A stretch of 64,000 bases of DNA from an uncultured delta proteobacterium. Its GTDB lineage: Bacteria > Myxococcota_A > Polyangia > Polyangiales > B10-G4. Below the pieces are notes generated by a model. It had not been told where the DNA came from. It did not search any database and saw only the letters and a list, made by a program, of their open reading frames with translations. The stretch is from assembly GCA_963727445.1 (NCBI GenBank), contig CAVSGI010000010.1:704001-768000 (forward strand). Direction: 5' to 3'. Both the position numbers and the translations under genes were made by a program. Positions 40,465 to 49,789 of the stretch are shown piece after piece; position 1 is the stretch's first letter, and every line of letters begins with the position of its first letter.

Positions 40465-41879
40465 TCGAGCGTCTCGATCGCTTCTTCTTCGGGCCCATCC
40501 TCGCGGCGCGCCCGTGGCTCGTCATGAAGGCGTTTCTGCTTCTGCTCGCCTTCGACTGCTGGATCGACCTGTCGCCGCACGGCGGACGCTATGGGATCGG
40601 CGGATTCAACGTGGCGCACTTCGGATGGCTCGACGCGCTCACACCCACGCCCACGCCGGCCTTCTACGTCGGCCTCATCTGCTTCTGCGGCCTGCTCGCT
40701 TTCGCCAACGCCATCGGCGGCGTGAACCGATGGGCGCTCGGCGTGCTCGCCATCGCCTACACCTACAGCTGGGCGATGAGCATGCTGGACAGCTACCAGC
40801 ATCACTATCTGCTCACGTTGGCGCTCACCGCCTTCGTCTTCTACCCAAAGGTCTCCGCGGAGCTTCTCCTAGAGGGCCGCGAGGAGCCGAAAGAAGAGCC
40901 GAAGGCGAAGGGCAAAGAGAGCAAGAAGAAGCAAAAGAAGAAGCAAGAGAAGAAGGCCGCGAAGAAAGCTTCGGAAGACGCGCGTCTCCCCGGCGGCTCG
41001 CTCACGGCCTGGGCGTACTCCGCGACCGCGTGGTCCATCGGCATCGTCTACAGCTACACCGCCGTCTCCAAGTCCGAGCCGCAGTGGCGCGACGGAACGG
41101 CGCTCCAGCGCATCGCCCCCGAGGGAATGCGCCCCTTCCACGAGTACTTCGTCGACGAGCGCGGCTTTTCCGACGAGACCTTCTGGTCCCTCGTGGGTCA
41201 CTCGGTGATCCTCCTGCAGATCGTGGTCGCGGCCGGCTACTTCGTCGCGCCGCTCCTCGACCGCCGAGACCTGAGATGGCCGAAGTGGCTCTGCCTCGCC
41301 GCTTGGTTCGCCGCCATCAACTTCCACGTCGGCGCCGAGTACCTCGAGCTGCAGATCGGGTGGTTCAGTTACTACATGATGATCACCGCGTGCGTCTTTC
41401 TGCTGCCCAGCAGCGTCGTAGGCGCCGCCGGGCGCCTCTTCGCGACGCCCGCGCGCGCCCTCACCCGCGCACTGACCTCCGAGGGCGACAAGAGCTCCCT
41501 TCCCGTCGCCCTCGGCGTCGCTTTCATCTGTGGTCTCGCCGGTTACACCGTGGACATGCCGGGCGCCCTCACCGCCTCCGTCGCCGTCGGCGTGCTCCTC
41601 TTGGCGCTCGTCTTGGCCGACGAGACGGCGCCGCCCCTGTTGTGGAGCGCAGGTGTCGCCCTGGCCGCTCTCGCGATGTGGACGGCCTTCATCGGCACCG
41701 AGGCGCGCTACGACTATTATCGCTTCGTGGGTGGCGACCACCGGCGCCGCGGCGAGCTCGAGCAAGCACTCGAGGCATACATCAAGGCCAACGACTACGC
41801 GCCCGAAGAGGACAATCGGCGCGAGCGCGAAGACGAGGTGCGACGACAGCTCGGTCTTCCTCCGAGATGGAGCGATTGA
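40461..41879 (+). CDS. HTTM-domain (vitamin K-dependent gamma-carboxylase-like) membrane protein
   Basis: Multi-TM; YQHHYL, VYSYTAVSK...W.DG, FHV....LQIGWFSYYM. Confidence 0.8.
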   Translation: MIERLDRFFFGPILAARPWLVMKAFLLLLAFDCWIDLSPHGGRYGIGGFNVAHFGWLDALTPTPTPAFYVGLICFCGLLAFANAIGGVNRWALGVLAIAYTYSWAMSMLDSYQHHYLLTLALTAFVFYPKVSAELLLEGREEPKEEPKAKGKESKKKQKKKQEKKAAKKASEDARLPGGSLTAWAYSATAWSIGIVYSYTAVSKSEPQWRDGTALQRIAPEGMRPFHEYFVDERGFSDETFWSLVGHSVILLQIVVAAGYFVAPLLDRRDLRWPKWLCLAAWFAAINFHVGAEYLELQIGWFSYYMMITACVFLLPSSVVGAAGRLFATPARALTRALTSEGDKSSLPVALGVAFICGLAGYTVDMPGALTASVAVGVLLLALVLADETAPPLLWSAGVALAALAMWTAFIGTEARYDYYRFVGGDHRRRGELEQALEAYIKANDYAPEEDNRREREDEVRRQLGLPPRWSD

Positions 41880-43105
41880 TGGCGAGCCCACGCCGCGACG
41901 GCGACAAGATCATCCTCCCCGGTCTCGCGACCGCACACAGCCACGCCTTCCAGCGGGGGCTGCGCGGTCGAACCCAGCGCCGCGCCGCCGAAGAGGGCTC
42001 GTTCTGGTCCTGGCGCGGCCTGATGTACGCCTTCGCCGAGAAGCTCGACCCGGGATCCATCTACGACCTCTCCCGGCTCGCCTACGCCGAGCTGGCCCTC
42101 GCCGGCGTGACCGCGATCGGAGAGTTCCACTACGTGCATCACCAAGCGGACGGCACGCCCTACGACGATCGCATCATCATGGCCGACGCGGTGGTGCGCG
42201 CGGCGCGCGACGTGGGCCTGCGGATCTGCCTGCTCCGCGTGCTCTACAACCGCGCCGGCAAGGACCGACCTGCGGCGGGCGCGCAGAGGCGCTTCAGCGA
42301 CGGCAAGGTGGAGGACGCGCTCGAGGACGTCGCCGCCATCGCCAAGCGCTTCAAAGGCGACCCCGGCGTCACCGTCGGTCTCGCCCCCCACAGCATCCGC
42401 GCCGTCCCCCGCGCGTGGATCCGCGAGGCCCACGACCTCGCCGAGGACGGCGACATGCCGCTGCACATGCACGTCGCCGAGCAGCGTCGCGAGCTCGATG
42501 AATGCGTGGCGGAGCACGGCATGCCGCCGGTGCGCGTGCTCGCCGAGGACGGCGTCCTCACCTCGCGCTTCGTCGCGGTCCACGCGACCCACCTCGAGGA
42601 CGACGAGATCCGCGCGCTCGGCGAGGCCGAGGCCTTCGCCTGCATCTGTCGCACGACGGAGCGCGACCTGGGTGACGGTGCGGTGAACGCCGCGGCGCTG
42701 GCGAACGCGGGCGTGCGTCTCTGCACCGGCGTCGACAGCCACGCCATCAGCGATCCGTTCGAGGAAGCGCGCGCCATCGAGCTCGACGACCGCACGCGCG
42801 CCGAGGGACGCGTCGTCGCCGCCGAAGCGCCCGAGCTGCTGCGCGCCGCCTGCGAGAACGGCTACGCGGCCATCGGCATGGAGGGCGCCGAGACACTCGA
42901 CCGCGTCGCTCTCGACGCCTCCGACGCGGCGCTCCTCGGTGCACCCGACGATCAGCTCGCCGACGCCGTCATATTCGCCGCGAGCCCCCGCACGGTGTGC
43001 GACGTCAACGTCGGCGGTCGCTCCATCGTCTGGGACGGCGAGATCCCCGACTGGCACGACATCCGGAAGAGCTACGAAGTAGCCCTGGCGCGATTGGTTG
43101 GTTGA
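41879..43105 (+). CDS. hutF: Formimidoylglutamate deiminase
   Basis: PGLATAHSHAFQR.LRG, SFWSWR..MY, GEFHYVHH, APHSIRAV, HMHVAEQ, TERDLGDG, G.DSH. Confidence 0.9.
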   Translation: MASPRRDGDKIILPGLATAHSHAFQRGLRGRTQRRAAEEGSFWSWRGLMYAFAEKLDPGSIYDLSRLAYAELALAGVTAIGEFHYVHHQADGTPYDDRIIMADAVVRAARDVGLRICLLRVLYNRAGKDRPAAGAQRRFSDGKVEDALEDVAAIAKRFKGDPGVTVGLAPHSIRAVPRAWIREAHDLAEDGDMPLHMHVAEQRRELDECVAEHGMPPVRVLAEDGVLTSRFVAVHATHLEDDEIRALGEAEAFACICRTTERDLGDGAVNAAALANAGVRLCTGVDSHAISDPFEEARAIELDDRTRAEGRVVAAEAPELLRAACENGYAAIGMEGAETLDRVALDASDAALLGAPDDQLADAVIFAASPRTVCDVNVGGRSIVWDGEIPDWHDIRKSYEVALARLVG

Positions 43106-43150
43106 CGCGACGGGACACGGAGCGGCGAAGCCGCGCGAGGCCCCCGCAAA

Positions 43151-43312
43151 TCAGCCCTTGGAGATCTTCTGCTCTTTGTGGCTGGTGTGCGTGCGGCAAG
43201 CGGCGCAGAACTTCTTGATCTTGAACTTCTCGGGCATCGTCCGCTTGTTCTTGTCGCTGACGTAGTTGTCGCGCCCGCACTTTTCACAGCGAAGGTGGAA
43301 GAGGTCTCGCAT
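43151..43312 (-). CDS. rpmG: 50S ribosomal protein L33 (Zn-ribbon form); not in the ORF track
   Basis: MRDLFHLRCEKCGRDNYVSDKNKRTMPEKFKIKKFCAACRTHTSHKEQKISKG; AGGAG RBS. Confidence 0.92.
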   Translation of the reverse strand: MRDLFHLRCEKCGRDNYVSDKNKRTMPEKFKIKKFCAACRTHTSHKEQKISKG

Positions 43313-43359
43313 CTCAGGACTCCTGAAGGGAGCGGACTATAGCCGCGGCCCGCGCCCGG

Positions 43360-45903
43360 TCAAGGCCCGACGAAGATCGGGTCAGGGACGCCGTCGCGGC
43401 CGTCGGAAGCGGAAAAACCGGGAGAAAATCCGCCCAGACCACCCCGACCGGGCACGCCGGCCTCGTCGATGGTCGTCCCCACCAGGAGCTCGGCGCCATA
43501 GCCCACCGGATCGGAGCCCCCGCTCAGGTAGAAGCCGTGGCTCCCTCCGCCACAGCCGCCGCCGCCCCCGCCACCAGCGCCGCCGCGCCCGCCGTCGCCG
43601 CCACGGCCGCCGGTGCGTGAGCACCAGAAGCGCGCGCTGCCGCCGAGGCCGCCCGTGCCGCCGGCGCCGCCCGAGGCGCCGATGCCGCCGTCGCCGCCCT
43701 GACCGCCGCTGGCGGTCACGATCCGCACCGTGTCGAAGGTCGGGCCACGCGACTGTGCCGGGCCCAGCCGCACGACGACCGCCGCGCTCGTGCCGCCGCC
43801 CGTTCCGCCGCCCGCGCCCGGCGCGCCGCAGCCGCCGCTCCCGCCACCGCCGCCCGCGCCGCCGCTGCGGTCCGCGCACTCGCCGCTGGTGGCGCCGATC
43901 ACCGCGTAGCCCGAGCCCGAAGTCCCGCCGCCACCGCCCGAGCCATCGTTGCCATCGGCGCCATCGGTGCCGCCGGCGGCCGTGATCCGTCCGCTCGTCA
44001 CGTCGAGGATCGGCGGCACCGAGCAACCGGCACCCGCAGACCCGTCGCTACCGGACGCGCCGTCGCCGCCGATGCCGCCATTGCGCGGGAGCGTCGGGTT
44101 GTCGTCGCAGAAGTTGCAGACGCCGCGGTCGGTAGGCGCGTTGTAGGTGAGCTCGCCTGCCGCGCCGCCCGAAGGCCCTCGGCCCGCCGTCGCCGCCGGG
44201 TTGGGGGCCGCCACCGCGATCGCCGAGGCGAGGTCGCAGACGCCGCCGACCGTGAAGTCCGTGCAACCGCCGTTGCCGCACGGCATGCCGTTGACGCATC
44301 CGGTGTCCGGGCAATCGCCGTCGCCGCCGTTGCCTCCGCTCACGTTCGTCATGCGACAGGAGTGTCGCCCGCCGCTGCCTCCGTCGACGCGCCGGCAGGT
44401 GCTGCCCGACGCCGGCGCGCCATCCGCGCCGTCATCGCCGGTGAGCTGGCCGAGATCCATCAGCCCCCAGTCGGCGAGGTTGTCACTGGAGTCGTCGCCG
44501 CGGATGCCGTCAGCCCCGCGCCCCGCCATGATCGTCATCTCGGCGAAGGTCACCGCCGGGCCGCAGCCGTTCGAATAGAGGGTGGTGCTCCCGGCGCCCG
44601 GAGCGGTCGCGTCACTGCCGCTGAGGATGAAGCCCTCCATGCGCGTCGTCGCCGTGACGCCGTCGCAGATCAACACCGGCGCCCCGGGCACGCGGCCCTC
44701 GAGCTGCACCGGATAGAGCTCGAGGTCGCGGTCGGCGAAGTCGGGCCGGTAGCCGCCGAAGACGTCGATGCCCGACGGCACCTCGAAAGGCCCTTCGTAG
44801 ATGCCGCGAGAGACGAGGATGTCTTTGCCCTCGCTGCGCGCGACGGTCACCGCGCGCGACAGCGTCCGCACCGGCCGCGCCAGGGTGCCTGGGTTGGTGT
44901 CGCTCCCCACCGCGGTCACGTAGACGAAGTCGGTGGTGTCGTCGGCGACGCCATCGCAGTTCGCATCGCCGCCAACCACCGGGGGCGGCCCCACGCCGTC
45001 CCAGCGCTCGCACTCGCAGCCGTTGGCCTGGATGCGATCGACGTCGACGAAGCCGTCCTGACAGACCACCTCGCAGCGCACGCCCGCCCCGTCCGGCAGG
45101 CAGGTCGCCACCATGTTCGGACCAGGTTCGACGCAGGGCATCGCGCAGCCGCCGCAGTGAAGCCGGGCCACGTAGCGCCCCGCGTCGTCGCGGAAGTCCT
45201 CGTCGACGCCGCCGTCGCAGTCGTCGTCGCGCCCGTTGCAGCTCTCGTCGAGGACGGGCTCGCAGGCGGTGAAGCCGTCCTCGGCGCAGACCGAAGCCCC
45301 CGCGCACTCGTAGCCGTCGCCGCGATCGATGAGGCAGGCGATCTCGAGGCCGAGGTTGTCAGCGTTGCACGTGCAGTCGCCGCCGATCGGCCGACATGCC
45401 CCCGCACTGCACTCGGTGCCAGGCGGACAGGGCGGGCCGTCGCCGGTCCCGCATGGCGGCAGGCACCGACCACCGCCGTCGATCGCCATGTCGCAAACCG
45501 AGCCTGGCAGGCGAAGCGCACAGTCGCCGTCGTCGTTGCACGGCAGGCAGGCGACGGGCGCATCGGGTGCGCAGAAGCCGTCACCCGCGCGGTGAGACCC
45601 CGGCGGACAGGAGATGATCTCGCAGCGGGCCCCGGCGTCGGTCACCACGCACGCCGTCTCCTCCGCGCTCGGGAAGACCTCCGCGCACGACACGCCGCAG
45701 GCCCCGCAGTTGTCGTTCGTGAAGTAAACGCCGTCCTCGTCGACGAAGTCCTCGTCCACCAGGTCGTCGCAGTCCTGGTCGAAGTAGTCGCAGACCTCGG
45801 GCACGTCGCAGAGGTGCGCCTGGTAACAGCCCGAGAGCGCCAGCGCGAAGAGCCCGGCGGCGCCCACGAGGAGGAGGCCGGAACGCTCAGCGAACGACGA
45901 CAT
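43360..45903 (-). CDS. Large Cys-rich/Gly-rich surface lipoprotein (MopE-like CxxxDxDC repeats, DUF1565-like, PGRS-like tail)
   Basis: Lipobox LSGC; EVCDYFDQDCDDLVDEDF; GSDTNPGT..RPVRTL; GGxGGxG tail. Confidence 0.8.
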   Translation of the reverse strand: MSSFAERSGLLLVGAAGLFALALSGCYQAHLCDVPEVCDYFDQDCDDLVDEDFVDEDGVYFTNDNCGACGVSCAEVFPSAEETACVVTDAGARCEIISCPPGSHRAGDGFCAPDAPVACLPCNDDGDCALRLPGSVCDMAIDGGGRCLPPCGTGDGPPCPPGTECSAGACRPIGGDCTCNADNLGLEIACLIDRGDGYECAGASVCAEDGFTACEPVLDESCNGRDDDCDGGVDEDFRDDAGRYVARLHCGGCAMPCVEPGPNMVATCLPDGAGVRCEVVCQDGFVDVDRIQANGCECERWDGVGPPPVVGGDANCDGVADDTTDFVYVTAVGSDTNPGTLARPVRTLSRAVTVARSEGKDILVSRGIYEGPFEVPSGIDVFGGYRPDFADRDLELYPVQLEGRVPGAPVLICDGVTATTRMEGFILSGSDATAPGAGSTTLYSNGCGPAVTFAEMTIMAGRGADGIRGDDSSDNLADWGLMDLGQLTGDDGADGAPASGSTCRRVDGGSGGRHSCRMTNVSGGNGGDGDCPDTGCVNGMPCGNGGCTDFTVGGVCDLASAIAVAAPNPAATAGRGPSGGAAGELTYNAPTDRGVCNFCDDNPTLPRNGGIGGDGASGSDGSAGAGCSVPPILDVTSGRITAAGGTDGADGNDGSGGGGGTSGSGYAVIGATSGECADRSGGAGGGGGSGGCGAPGAGGGTGGGTSAAVVVRLGPAQSRGPTFDTVRIVTASGGQGGDGGIGASGGAGGTGGLGGSARFWCSRTGGRGGDGGRGGAGGGGGGGCGGGSHGFYLSGGSDPVGYGAELLVGTTIDEAGVPGRGGLGGFSPGFSASDGRDGVPDPIFVGP

Positions 45904-48460
45904 CGATCGCGCCTCCTTCCACGCCATCGGCGGCAGCCGCTGCGCCGCCGCCGCCACGCCCGGCGAGCCCCGGCCTGCCGAGATCGAAGGTGTTGCCGCT
46001 GCGCCAGGCCGCGACGCCCGGCGGCTCGCCCATCCCGGCGCCCGTCAGCCAGATCCCCACCGACGCGCCTCCGCAGCCGCCGCCGCCGCCGCCGCCTGCG
46101 CCGCCGTTGCCGCCCGCGCCGCCGCGCCCGCCGGGGAAGGGCCCCGAGAGGGTGGGCGTGGAGCGCGCCTCGCGGGAGAGGCCCTGGGCGAAGGCGCCCG
46201 CGCCGCCGAGGCCACCGTCGCCGCCCGCGCCGCCGTCACCGCCGCGCCCGCCGTCGCCCGGCGAGAGCGTGAGCTCGGTGAAGATCGGTAGCGCCGCACC
46301 AGGCGCGCTTCGAATCACGATCGCCGCCGCCGGCGCGCCGCTCGTCCCAGGCATCCCGGCGCCGCCGCCGCAACCGCCCGCACCGCCGCCGCCTCCGCCG
46401 CCACCGAGCCCATCGGGGAACTCACAGAGGCGATCGAACCAGTCCATCTCGGCGCCGCCGCCACCGCCGCCGCCTCCGCCGCCGGAGCCGGGGGTGCCTC
46501 GCGTTCCCGCGGTGCCGATGTCGGCGGTCCACATCGTTCCCATGAAGCTCCCGAAGGCGTCGACGCAGCCGCCCCCCGCCATTCCGTCGCCCCCGTCGCT
46601 GCCCGGGCTGCCCGCCTGGGGGCCCTGGAAGTCGGTGGGCACGGTGAAGTCGGCGAGGCCGCAACACACCACCTCGGAGCAACTGATGCCCATGATGGGA
46701 CCGTTCGAGTCCTGTCCGCCGGCGCCGCCGTTGCCGCCCCTCAGGCCGCCCACGCTCGGCGCGTTCTCGCCCGAAGGCTGGAAGTCGGCGAAGACCGGGC
46801 AGGTGGGGGAGCCGCCGCGACCGCCGTTGGTGGGCGTCCCCCGGCAGGTGTTCTGTCCCCCCGCGCCGCCCGCGACCACGTTGCGCATCTCGCGGATGCA
46901 CATGTGCCGCGTGTCTTCGAAGGCGCCGCGCGGCGGACGGCCCTCCTCCGCGGCGCGCGTGGGCGCCGCGCCGGCTGCCCCCGAGGCGCCGTTCATGCCG
47001 CGGCCTGCCACGCCGCTCCGGATCTGCGAGCGGTCGATGGTCAACATCGGCCCGGGTCGGTCGAGGAAGATCGCGAACGCCGGGCTGCTGGGCGCGTTCG
47101 CGTCCCGGCCGAGCACGGTCACCCACTGCAAGAGCGTGGGCGCCGTCGTGCCCACGTCCGAGCTTCCGACCACCGCGGCGCCGCCCGGGGCGTCGGTGTC
47201 GCTGGGCGCACGGATGATGGTGGTGAATCCGTCGGGATCGAGCGCGCGGAAGTCGCGCCGGTAACCGCCGTGGATGAAGACGCCGGGCGCGAGGGCGAGC
47301 GTCTCCGTGTAGGTCCCCGAGGCGACGAAGATGTGCGCGCGCGGGTCAGGTGTGGTGAGCGACTCCGTGGCGCGCGCGACGGCGGCGGCCAGCGTGCGGA
47401 GGGGACGCGTCGGCGAGCCGGGACCGGTGTCGTTGCCGTCGGTCGCGACGTAGAAGCTCTCGAGCACGATGCCGTCCGCCCCGTCGCAGTTGGTGTCGAG
47501 GTCCTGACCTTCGGTGAAGAGCGGCCCGGGCACGTCGTTCACGATGCTCACCACGCACTCGCAGCCGGTGGCGATGTCTCGGTCCGCGTCGACGCGATCA
47601 CCGGGGTCGATCCCGTCGGCGGCGTCCGGGCAGGACAGCACGCAGGAGGGGGCAAAGGGATCGCCGCCGCAGACCAGGTCCCCTTCGGGGATGCTGTCCA
47701 CCGTGCAATCGACGCCGCACTCGCCACAGTTGTGGAGGTCGAGGCTGTAGGCGCCACGCCTGTCGCGGAAGCCGTCGTCGATGACGCCGTTGCAGTCGTT
47801 GTCGACCTCGTCGCAGACCTCGGGGGGCGCCGCGCACTCCGACAGCACGCCATCGTTGCAGGTGGCCGCCCCGGGACAGCGAAGACCCTCCGGGTCGACG
47901 AGCGCGCAGGCGAGGTCGAAGGTCTCCCCCGGATCGCAGGAGCAGCTGCCACCGAGGGGCGCGCAGAGCCCTTCGGCGTTGCAGCCGTAGCCGACGGGGC
48001 AGCCCAACTCGCAGCCCACGGCGCAGCGTGGCTCGCCGCCCAGGTCCGCGCAGCGCGCCGAAGGAATGTCGCCGCAGTCGGCGTCGGTCACACACGAAAA
48101 GCACAAGCGCTCCCACGCCGGGATGCAGCGTCCGGAGGTCGAGATCGCGAACCCCTCAGCGCACTCGAGCGCGACGCAGAGCGCGGTCTCTTCGAGGATG
48201 CCGCAGCCGGAGGCGAGCTCGGCGCTGCTGCGCGGCGCGCACGCCATGTCGCAGCCGCCGCAGTGGTCGTCCGTGATGTAGCGACCCATCTCGTCGCGAA
48301 AGTCTTCGTCGACGCTGTCGTCCAGATCGTCGTCGAGCCCGTTACACTCCTCGGGCCTCGGGATCGGCCGCGCCGCCGCGTCGAAGACGTCGTCGACCAG
48401 AGCCGTCCGCCCGCAAGCCGACAGTACGGCGAGGAGGACGACGGGTCCCAGGCGAAGCAT
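45887..48460 (-). CDS. Large Cys-rich/Gly-rich surface lipoprotein, paralog of 43360-45903
   Basis: Lipobox LSAC; EECNGLDDD.D..VDEDF; GNDTGPGSPTRPLRTL; Gly-rich tail. Confidence 0.8.
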   Translation of the reverse strand: MLRLGPVVLLAVLSACGRTALVDDVFDAAARPIPRPEECNGLDDDLDDSVDEDFRDEMGRYITDDHCGGCDMACAPRSSAELASGCGILEETALCVALECAEGFAISTSGRCIPAWERLCFSCVTDADCGDIPSARCADLGGEPRCAVGCELGCPVGYGCNAEGLCAPLGGSCSCDPGETFDLACALVDPEGLRCPGAATCNDGVLSECAAPPEVCDEVDNDCNGVIDDGFRDRRGAYSLDLHNCGECGVDCTVDSIPEGDLVCGGDPFAPSCVLSCPDAADGIDPGDRVDADRDIATGCECVVSIVNDVPGPLFTEGQDLDTNCDGADGIVLESFYVATDGNDTGPGSPTRPLRTLAAAVARATESLTTPDPRAHIFVASGTYTETLALAPGVFIHGGYRRDFRALDPDGFTTIIRAPSDTDAPGGAAVVGSSDVGTTAPTLLQWVTVLGRDANAPSSPAFAIFLDRPGPMLTIDRSQIRSGVAGRGMNGASGAAGAAPTRAAEEGRPPRGAFEDTRHMCIREMRNVVAGGAGGQNTCRGTPTNGGRGGSPTCPVFADFQPSGENAPSVGGLRGGNGGAGGQDSNGPIMGISCSEVVCCGLADFTVPTDFQGPQAGSPGSDGGDGMAGGGCVDAFGSFMGTMWTADIGTAGTRGTPGSGGGGGGGGGGAEMDWFDRLCEFPDGLGGGGGGGGAGGCGGGAGMPGTSGAPAAAIVIRSAPGAALPIFTELTLSPGDGGRGGDGGAGGDGGLGGAGAFAQGLSREARSTPTLSGPFPGGRGGAGGNGGAGGGGGGGCGGASVGIWLTGAGMGEPPGVAAWRSGNTFDLGRPGLAGRGGGGAAAAADGVEGGAIDVVVR

Positions 48461-48499
48461 GCCGCGAAGCATAGGGGCTGGATCTCGCCAGCGCACCCC

Positions 48500-49162
48500 T
48501 CAGATCGACAGCGCGGTGATGATCAACCCCTCCTCGAGCGTCAGCCGGCCCTCGAAACGGTCTCCCGTCGCGAATCGCCCGGCCTGTTCGGTGAGGAAGA
48601 GCTCGAAGCGCCCGGCCGACAGATCCAGGGTCACGTCCGCCGCGTGGAAGCCGAGGTACTGCCGGGTGAGGGGGTACTGCGCCTTGTAGAAGGCTTCCTT
48701 GGCGCTGAAGACGACGCGGACCAGGGCACCCAGCTCGCGGTCGGCCGTCTGGCGGAGCCGATCCAGCTCCTCGGCGCTGCAGATCTTGTCGAAGAGCGGC
48801 TCGCGCACGGCCTCGCTCCGCTCGACGTCGATGCCCAGGGACTCCACCGGGGCCCCGCGCCGCGCGACAACCACTCCGCAATAATTCTTGGTGTGGGTGA
48901 TGGAGCCGACGACGCCCAGCGGCCAGACCGGGCAACGCTCCTCGTCGTTGACGATGGCCGCATGCTCGGCCCCGAGGCGACCGAGCGCTCGCCGGGCCAG
49001 GAGCCGCGCGGTGGCGTACTCCGCCTTGCGCTTGTCGACGGCGCGGGCAATCTGCGCCCGCTCCTCCGGGAAGAGCGCGTCGACCGCGAGCGCGGGCCTG
49101 GCCTCTTCGGCCACCACCCCGTCGGGAAAGAGACGACTCAATCGCTCACCGTCGAGCTTCAC
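48500..49162 (-). CDS. 4'-phosphopantetheinyl transferase (EntD/Sfp-type)
   Basis: KRKAEY..AR, P.WP.GVVGSITH, GIDVE, FSAKEAFYKA. Confidence 0.92.
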   Translation of the reverse strand: MKLDGERLSRLFPDGVVAEEARPALAVDALFPEERAQIARAVDKRKAEYATARLLARRALGRLGAEHAAIVNDEERCPVWPLGVVGSITHTKNYCGVVVARRGAPVESLGIDVERSEAVREPLFDKICSAEELDRLRQTADRELGALVRVVFSAKEAFYKAQYPLTRQYLGFHAADVTLDLSAGRFELFLTEQAGRFATGDRFEGRLTLEEGLIITALSI

Positions 49163-49204
49163 GGAAAAGCAGTGTAATGTGCAAAGGTCCGCTTCGCACT
49201 TCGC

Positions 49205-49786
49205 ATGTCCCTGCCTTCACCCGTTCACATCGAAACCGAGCGCCTCGTCCTCACCATGCCTGGCCGACAGGACGCGCCGCTCATGGTGGACTACTTCTCG
49301 CGCAACCGGTCGCACCTGTCGCATTGGGAGCCGGCCTACCCCGACGGCTTCTTCACCAACGCGTACTGGGAGTCGCGCCTCGAAGACGCCCGTCAGGAGC
49401 TCATCGACGACCGCGCGCTGCGCCTCGTCGTCTTTCGTCGCGGTGGTGCGGACCGTCGCGTCATCGGCATCGCCAACTTCACGGCGATCATTCGCCTCGC
49501 CTTCAACTGCACCAACCTCGGCTACAGCGTCGATGCCGAGCATCAGGGGCAGGGGGTCATGCACGAGGCGCTCGCCGCGGCGATCGGGCACGTCTTCGCC
49601 GATCTGAACCTCCACCGCATCCAGGCGAACTATCAGCCGCACAACGAGCGCAGCGGACGCCTCCTCGAACGACTGGGCTTCGTGATCGAGGGGTATGCCC
49701 GCGATTACCTCCTGATCGACGGCGCTTACCGCGATCACGTCCTGACCAGCCTGACCAATCCGGACTGGAAGCTCCCGTCGCGTTGA
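49205..49786 (+). CDS. RimJ-like GNAT N-acetyltransferase
   Basis: NRSHLSHWEP, LGYSVD..HQGQGVM.EAL, LHRIQANYQP.NERS, EGYARDYL.IDG..RDH. Confidence 0.88.
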   Translation: MSLPSPVHIETERLVLTMPGRQDAPLMVDYFSRNRSHLSHWEPAYPDGFFTNAYWESRLEDARQELIDDRALRLVVFRRGGADRRVIGIANFTAIIRLAFNCTNLGYSVDAEHQGQGVMHEALAAAIGHVFADLNLHRIQANYQPHNERSGRLLERLGFVIEGYARDYLLIDGAYRDHVLTSLTNPDWKLPSR

Positions 49787-49789
49787 GTC

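Noticed and set aside
40358..43105. 915-aa fusion ORF ending in HutF
   Set aside because: The N-terminal part is an off-frame overlap of the HTTM gene; HutF homology begins at ATG 41879
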